DNA of 64,000 bases from Macrostomum lignano. Taxonomy: Eukaryota. A program made the translations under genes and the position numbers. The stretch is from contig NIVC01001641.1 in assembly GCA_002269645.1 (NCBI GenBank), positions 124,001 through 188,000 of the forward strand, given 5' to 3'. Positions 58,598 through 64,000 of this stretch are shown one piece after another (the stretch's first letter is position 1; each line of letters begins with the position of its first letter). The notes beneath the pieces are model-generated. The model was not told where the DNA came from. It did no database searches and worked only from the letters and a program-made list of their open reading frames with translations.

Positions 58598-59914
58598 CTG
58601 CCTCTCCTCTCCGTGGCTCGGCCCCCGGGACAGTCCAGACCGCGGGGCTTCCGCTCCCTCGGTCCACCTCAACACAGCGGCAGGTTGCAAAATCTGGGCC
58701 AAGGCCGCTGATTGCCTCTCCGACCTCCGTCACCTCCGTCACCCCCCTCCCCCGTCTCCGCCGCGGCGCTCTCTCGACCCGACCGTCGTTGGTCAGTCAG
58801 CAAGCAACTTGGTTCCGCTGTAACCTTCCGCCTACTTCAAGTTAAGCCTTGCCTAGGTAAAGCCTGAAGACACTGTTATAATCCGCATTAGGGGTCGGCT
58901 CGACTGACTTATGCCAGGTTGCCAGGTTACTAGCGGGCGGCCAGACTGCACAGATTCTATAGCTAGAGCTAGAAGGCCAAGGCAATGGGTGACTTGGACT
59001 GCGACTGACTGCTGAGCTTCATTCTCTCTCAAGCGATCGAGCGGGCAGGAGGCCCACCGCCGCCACCGCCGCTGCCGCCGTGGCACGCGCGCACACAGAG
59101 AGAATTCTCTCTGTCTCGCTCTCTCTTGAATTCCTTCCTTCTCTCTTCTCTCTGCCTGCCCGCCTGCCTCTTCGTCGGTCGCGTCAGCCAGCCAGCCAGC
59201 CAAGGCGGGCGGGCACGGCAGCTTTGAGAGTCCCCGAGGCCAAGAAGAGCCTCGCAGCGTAGCAATATAGAAATGTACACACACACACACACACACTGGC
59301 GCAGCACACGCGAGCGGGCAGTCGCCGCCCCACCCCAACCGCCTCCCTTCAGCCAGCTCGATCTTCTTTCTTTCGAGGCCTTGCCTGGCCCGCCTGCCCG
59401 ACAGACGAAGCCTCCCCGAGGCAGCCAAGGCAGCCAGCAGTCGGGGCAAAGGCACACAAGCGCAGATAAACTCGGCGGCCCACCTCAATCAAGCTGCACA
59501 CACACACACACTGCGCGACATGCCTCTTCAACAACAGAGTGCTGCACTGGTCGAGCAGTCAGTTAACCTGCCTGCCGCCCGCTTTAGCCAGCAGCAGCAG
59601 CAGGTCTAAAATTAAATGACCACTTAGTTACTAGTTGGTGAATTGATATGATCGAATATTGCCTGATTTTCATGCTCTATATATAGGCTAATATGCAGGT
59701 GTGTTTGAGCACTGCTTTGAGACCACTGCTGATGACAGGGCAGGGCCTCCGCTAAACTCGAGAGTTCCAGTGCCCGATAAAGGCAGATAGGTGGCCAATA
59801 ATGACGATATTAAATTTGGAGATTAATATGATGCACTGGCTGTGCATAATAAGAATAATTCCTTTACATACCGAAAGCGAATTGCCCTCTCATTGGGACT
59901 CGTCACCAACAGTC

Positions 59915-60312
59915 GTGAGAATCGCCCTTAATAGCCTTGAGAATCGCCCTCAATAGCCTTAAGAATCGCCTCCCACCTCCAGGACAGCCTTTAGAATCGG
60001 CCCAATCAGGACAGCCTTGAGAAGCGCCCCACTCAGGACAGCCTTGAGAAGCGCCCCACTCAGGACAGCCTTGAGAAGCGCCCCACTCAGGACAGCCTTG
60101 AGAATCGCCCCCCTCCAGTACAGCCTTGAGAATCGCCCTCAATAGCCTTAAGAATCGCCTCCCACCTCCAGTACAGCCTTGAGAATCGCCCCCAGTACAG
60201 CTTTAAGAATCGCCCCCCAGTAAAGCTTGAGAATCGCTCTATTCCCCCCAGGACAGCCTTGAGAATCGCCCCCCCCCCAGGACAGCCTTGAGAATCGCCC
60301 TCAACAGCCTTG
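59915..60312. repeat. Degenerate ~25-bp minisatellite (CAGCCTTGAGAATCGCCC...), zinc-finger gene intron
   Basis: gagaatcgccc core repeated. Confidence 0.88.
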
Positions 60313-60379
60313 AATCACGCCATGACTGCCAGACACTGAGCTAATTAGCATACCGTAAGCAAATGAAAGCTCATCTCAC

Positions 60380-60885
60380 CTCGGGACTGTCAGGATGCGC
60401 AGACGCAATGTGCTCCAGAATCAATGCAGCATCCGTGGCCGCGGCGCCGCACTCTGAGCAGTGGCACAGTGTATAAGCAACAACGCTGGCTCCAGCCTCC
60501 CCAGCATCATCAGATTGCCTAGCGAAGCCACTGCCACGACAGTCGGAGCAGAGATGCCGCAGGAATTTGCCCCAATCCACGGTGGCGAACTGGCAGGCCG
60601 GGCAGCGCAGGCCGAACACGGGCGGTCCGGCGGGTTTCTCCGGATCGGCGGCATCGGATTTGACAGTCAGACTGGCTGACGGCGGGTCGGCGAGAGGCGG
60701 CAGGCTCAGATAAGACACTGGCCGGGCAGCGCACGCCAGGTAGTCAATGCTGGCTATGGCCGTGGCCGGCTGGCTCGGGTGCCGCTTGGCCAGATGGCGC
60801 TGCACTGCCAGCTTGCTGGCGCTCTTCACCAGACAGCCGGGCACCTCGCAATGGTACAGCGGCCGGACGCTCTCCTCCAGGTGGG
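60380..60885 (-). CDS. Zinc-finger protein exon (three C2H2/C2HC-like fingers)
   Basis: ttcgcccag|CC acceptor and GAG|GTGAGA donor; 506 nt, phase 1/0; CEVPGC..HLAKRH, CPAC..HLCSDC, CSEC..HIASAH. Confidence 0.86.
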
Positions 60886-60974
60886 CTGGGCGAAGTAATC
60901 AGGCATGTACTTTTAGATGGAATCGGGGCTATCGGTATAGAGAATATGATTGATTGTGCTCGACTCTTAGGCTT

Positions 60975-62022
60975 AAAGATGAGGGGAGATTCTCAGTGCT
61001 TAAGACCAGGGGCGATTCTCAGTGCTTGAGATTAGGGGCGATTCTCAGTGCTTGAGACTAGGGGAGATTCTCAGTGCTTGAGACTAGGGGTGATTCTCAG
61101 TGCTTGAGACTAGGGGTGATTCTCAGTGCTTGAGACTAGGGGTGATTCTCAGTGCTTGAGACTAGGGGTGATTCTCAGTGCTTGAGACTAGGGGTGATTC
61201 TCAGTGCTTGAGACTAGGGGTGATTCTCAGTGCTTGAGACTAGGGGAGATTCTCAGTGCTTGAGACTAGGGGTGATTCTCAGTGCTTGAGACTAGGGGTG
61301 ATTCTCAGTGCTTGAGACTAGGGGTGATTCTCAGTGCTTGAGACTAGGGGTGATTCTCAGTGCTTGAGACTAGGGGAGATTCTCAGTGCTTGAGACTAGG
61401 GGTGATTCTCAGAGTGCTTGAGACTAGGGGAGATTCTCAGTGCTTGAGACTAGGGGTGATTCTCAGTGCTTGAAACAAGGGGTGATTCTCAGTGCTTGAG
61501 ACTAGGGGAGATTCTCAGTGCTTGAGACTAGGGGAGATTCTCAGTGCTTGAGATTGGGAACGATTCTTAATGCTTGAGATTCTCAGGGTGATTCTCAGTG
61601 CTTGAGATTAGAGGCGATATCAAAGGTAGAGAATAGGGGCGATTCTCAAAGGTAGAGAATAGGGGCGATACTCAAAGGTAGAGAATAGGGGCGATACTCA
61701 AAGGTAGAGAATAGGGGCGATACTCAAAGGTAGAGAATAGGGGCGATTCTCAAAGGTAGAGAATAGGGGCGATTCTCAAAGGTAGAGAATAGGGGCGATT
61801 CTCAAAGGTAGAGAATAGGGGCGATACTCAAAGGTAGAGAATAGGGGCGATACTCAAAGGTAGAGAATAGGGGCGATACTCAAAGGTAGAGAATAGGGGC
61901 GATTCTCAGATTCTCAAAGGTAGAGAATAGGGGCGATACTCAAAGGTAGAGAATAGGGGCGATTCTCAGATTCTCAAAGGTAGATAATAGGGACGATTCT
62001 CAAAGGTAGATAATAGGGGCGA
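60975..62022. repeat. Compound array: 26-bp unit (GATTCTCAGTGCTTGAGACTAGGGGT) then ~26-bp unit (GCGAT(A/T)CTCAAAGGTAGAGAATAGGG), zinc-finger gene intron
   Basis: Unit switch at about 61620. Confidence 0.93.
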
Positions 62023-62090
62023 ACCAGTTGATTTCCAGAGCATCAGAGGCCAAGCCCAGTGCAGGCCGGTGCTGGCAAGAAGAGGCTCAC

Positions 62091-62520
62091 CTGCAAGTTG
62101 CACGGCGCTGCCGAACACCTGGCCGCAGCAGCCGCAGGCGCAGTCCTCCATCCGGCCGCTGTGCAGTCCGTGGCAATGATCGAGAAAGGCGGTCTTGTCC
62201 TCCAGATAGGCTGAGCAGTGAGGACACGGGTACAGGTCCTGGGCGGTGGCTGCGGAGAAGTGACGCAGCTGGTGCTCGCCAATGTCAGCAGCGGGAACCT
62301 GGGTGAGGCAGTAGGGACACACGGACTCGACAGCGTTGTGCTCTGCGGCCGCGTGCTTGCCCAGCTGGCTGGGGTCCCAGGTTGAGTAAGCCAGGCAGAA
62401 GCCGCAGACACAGCAGGCGCTAGCAGACTCGAGTCGGTGCGCCAGCTGCTCATATTTGGCGTGCTGCGAGTCCTTGTCGAGCAGGGCGGCCCGCTGCTTG
62501 CGGAGCTTTGACACTGTCAG
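62091..62520 (-). CDS. Zinc-finger protein, most 5' exon identified (three to four fingers); gene continues upstream
   Basis: catcatccag|CTG acceptor and G|GTGAGC donor; 430 nt, phase 0/1; CGFC..HAAAEH, CPYC..HQLRH, CPHC..HCHGLH. Confidence 0.85.
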
Positions 62521-64000
62521 CTGGATGATGGGGCAAAGTCAATGATTGTAATCTTTAATTTATTTATATTAAGGGAATACTAATAATGTATATTAATATA
62601 GAGAATTTACTTCTACTAATAAATAAAGTACATATATTTACAAGCATGCATATATGTTGCCTATTTGAGCCAACTAGCAGAATCCCCAAGTTATTCCGAA
62701 AATCAAATTATTTTACTACTAAACCCTTGTGTTTTTAATGAAAAACTATTGTTTTGACTTTTAATAGTTTAACTTTCATTTTATATGGATATTGCTACAT
62801 ATACAGACCTAAATTAGTCTAGTCTTTGGGTTTACTTATGTGGCAAATAGATTTCTGGCAATATGGCTAGTTTATATTTTGGTATCCAAATATACACTAG
62901 GCAGCTATCCAAAATGCATAGTCCATATCATGCTTGGAGTTACACCAGAAGAAAACGGATGAAATTTTATCATTTATGCTTGACTTATGTTAGGCTTAAG
63001 CACTGCATGCCAGGCATAATGCTTAGACTAAGGGAGGGGGTGCAGGGCAATTTGTACAAACATTTTTCAATTCAAAAAGTTTCATGTTTCCACTTGTATA
63101 TTATAGTTAAAACTCTATAAATACTAAAGTATAAAAAAATGTAAAAGTTGTTGCATTATAGTACAATTTCTAGATTTTGAACTTTGTTTTTTACTTTCTA
63201 TAAATAATAAAATATAGTTAGTTCTTTGAATTCTTCATTTTATTAGGCTTACAAAATAAGGTAATTTTTAACCAATACATGGTTAGGCCTATTATATGCC
63301 AGGCCAGAAGATAATATAGTTGTTTTTATGCTCTAGCCATTTGTGCCAATCTACTTTTCTATCAATTCTTTTGCTAGGCATTAATACTAAGGCTAATTTT
63401 TTTCTAGATTTCTAGATGCTAGTTTTCTAGTATAATTTTAACAAAATGGACTATGGTCCAAAATATAACCAAAGTGCCTAGAATATTTGTATATATAAAT
63501 AATAACTATGCAATTTAAAATTATTTAGAATAAGTTGGATTTTGTGCTTTTGAAAAAAAATATTGACCATAATTAGGCCTAGCATAAAGAATGTTTTAGT
63601 TAATATTAGGCCTAAGTTTAAAAATTTGATCTAATATTATTTTGATCTATAACTTTCTAAAATATAATTTTAATTGGCTTATATTATAGTTGCACTGTTA
63701 ACATAGGACTTATACTTCTAAAAAGAACAAAATGTTATTGATTAAGTGATAGTTTAAGCAATATTCAACGAAGTCTAAGATTAGACTTTAGACATAGGCC
63801 TAGGAAATCATGATTATGTGCATAGGCTTTTGTGAGTTTTTTAGGTTATTATATTTTTACATATATAGTAGGGCCTACAATTTTTTTCAATTTAAAAGCA
63901 GAGGCATATCAATAGAGCCTAGCTATATTTTGAATTTATTTAGTTTTAAAATATTTTTAAATTAAAAATGCAGCTCTTTGTCATAGGCCTAGAACATATG

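Noticed and set aside
56700-59566. Numerous overlapping 60-210-aa ORFs on both strands
   Set aside because: Expected in GC-rich DNA; no domain motifs, and the zinc-finger gene splices in phase across this region without them.

Overview
Eukaryotic (metazoan) genomic DNA: GC-rich, Q/A/G-rich exons separated by introns filled with minisatellites. This style is most consistent with a free-living flatworm such as Macrostomum (inference, not verifiable here). The window opens with a 6.9-kb array of a 42-bp satellite. AT-rich DNA follows, carrying a 966-bp foldback DNA transposon (9-bp TSD) apparently nested in an older MITE. Three spliced genes were assembled by hand, with GT-AG sites and consistent phases throughout. 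(1) LARP1, + strand, 9 coding exons, 13919-24354, about 1211 aa, with La motif, PAM2 and DM15. (2) RBM24/RBM38-family RRM protein, + strand, 5 exons, 28068-43791, about 278 aa. (3) A large multi-zinc-finger protein, - strand, at least 9 exons, 62520->48073, at least 1669 aa, 5' end not identified. It contains four copies of an unusual ~110-aa extended zinc-finger module that I do not recognise as a named domain. Eighteen of 20 introns carry their own tandem repeat starting within about 150 nt of the splice donor. Most long ORFs in the supplied track are translations of these repeats and are not genes.
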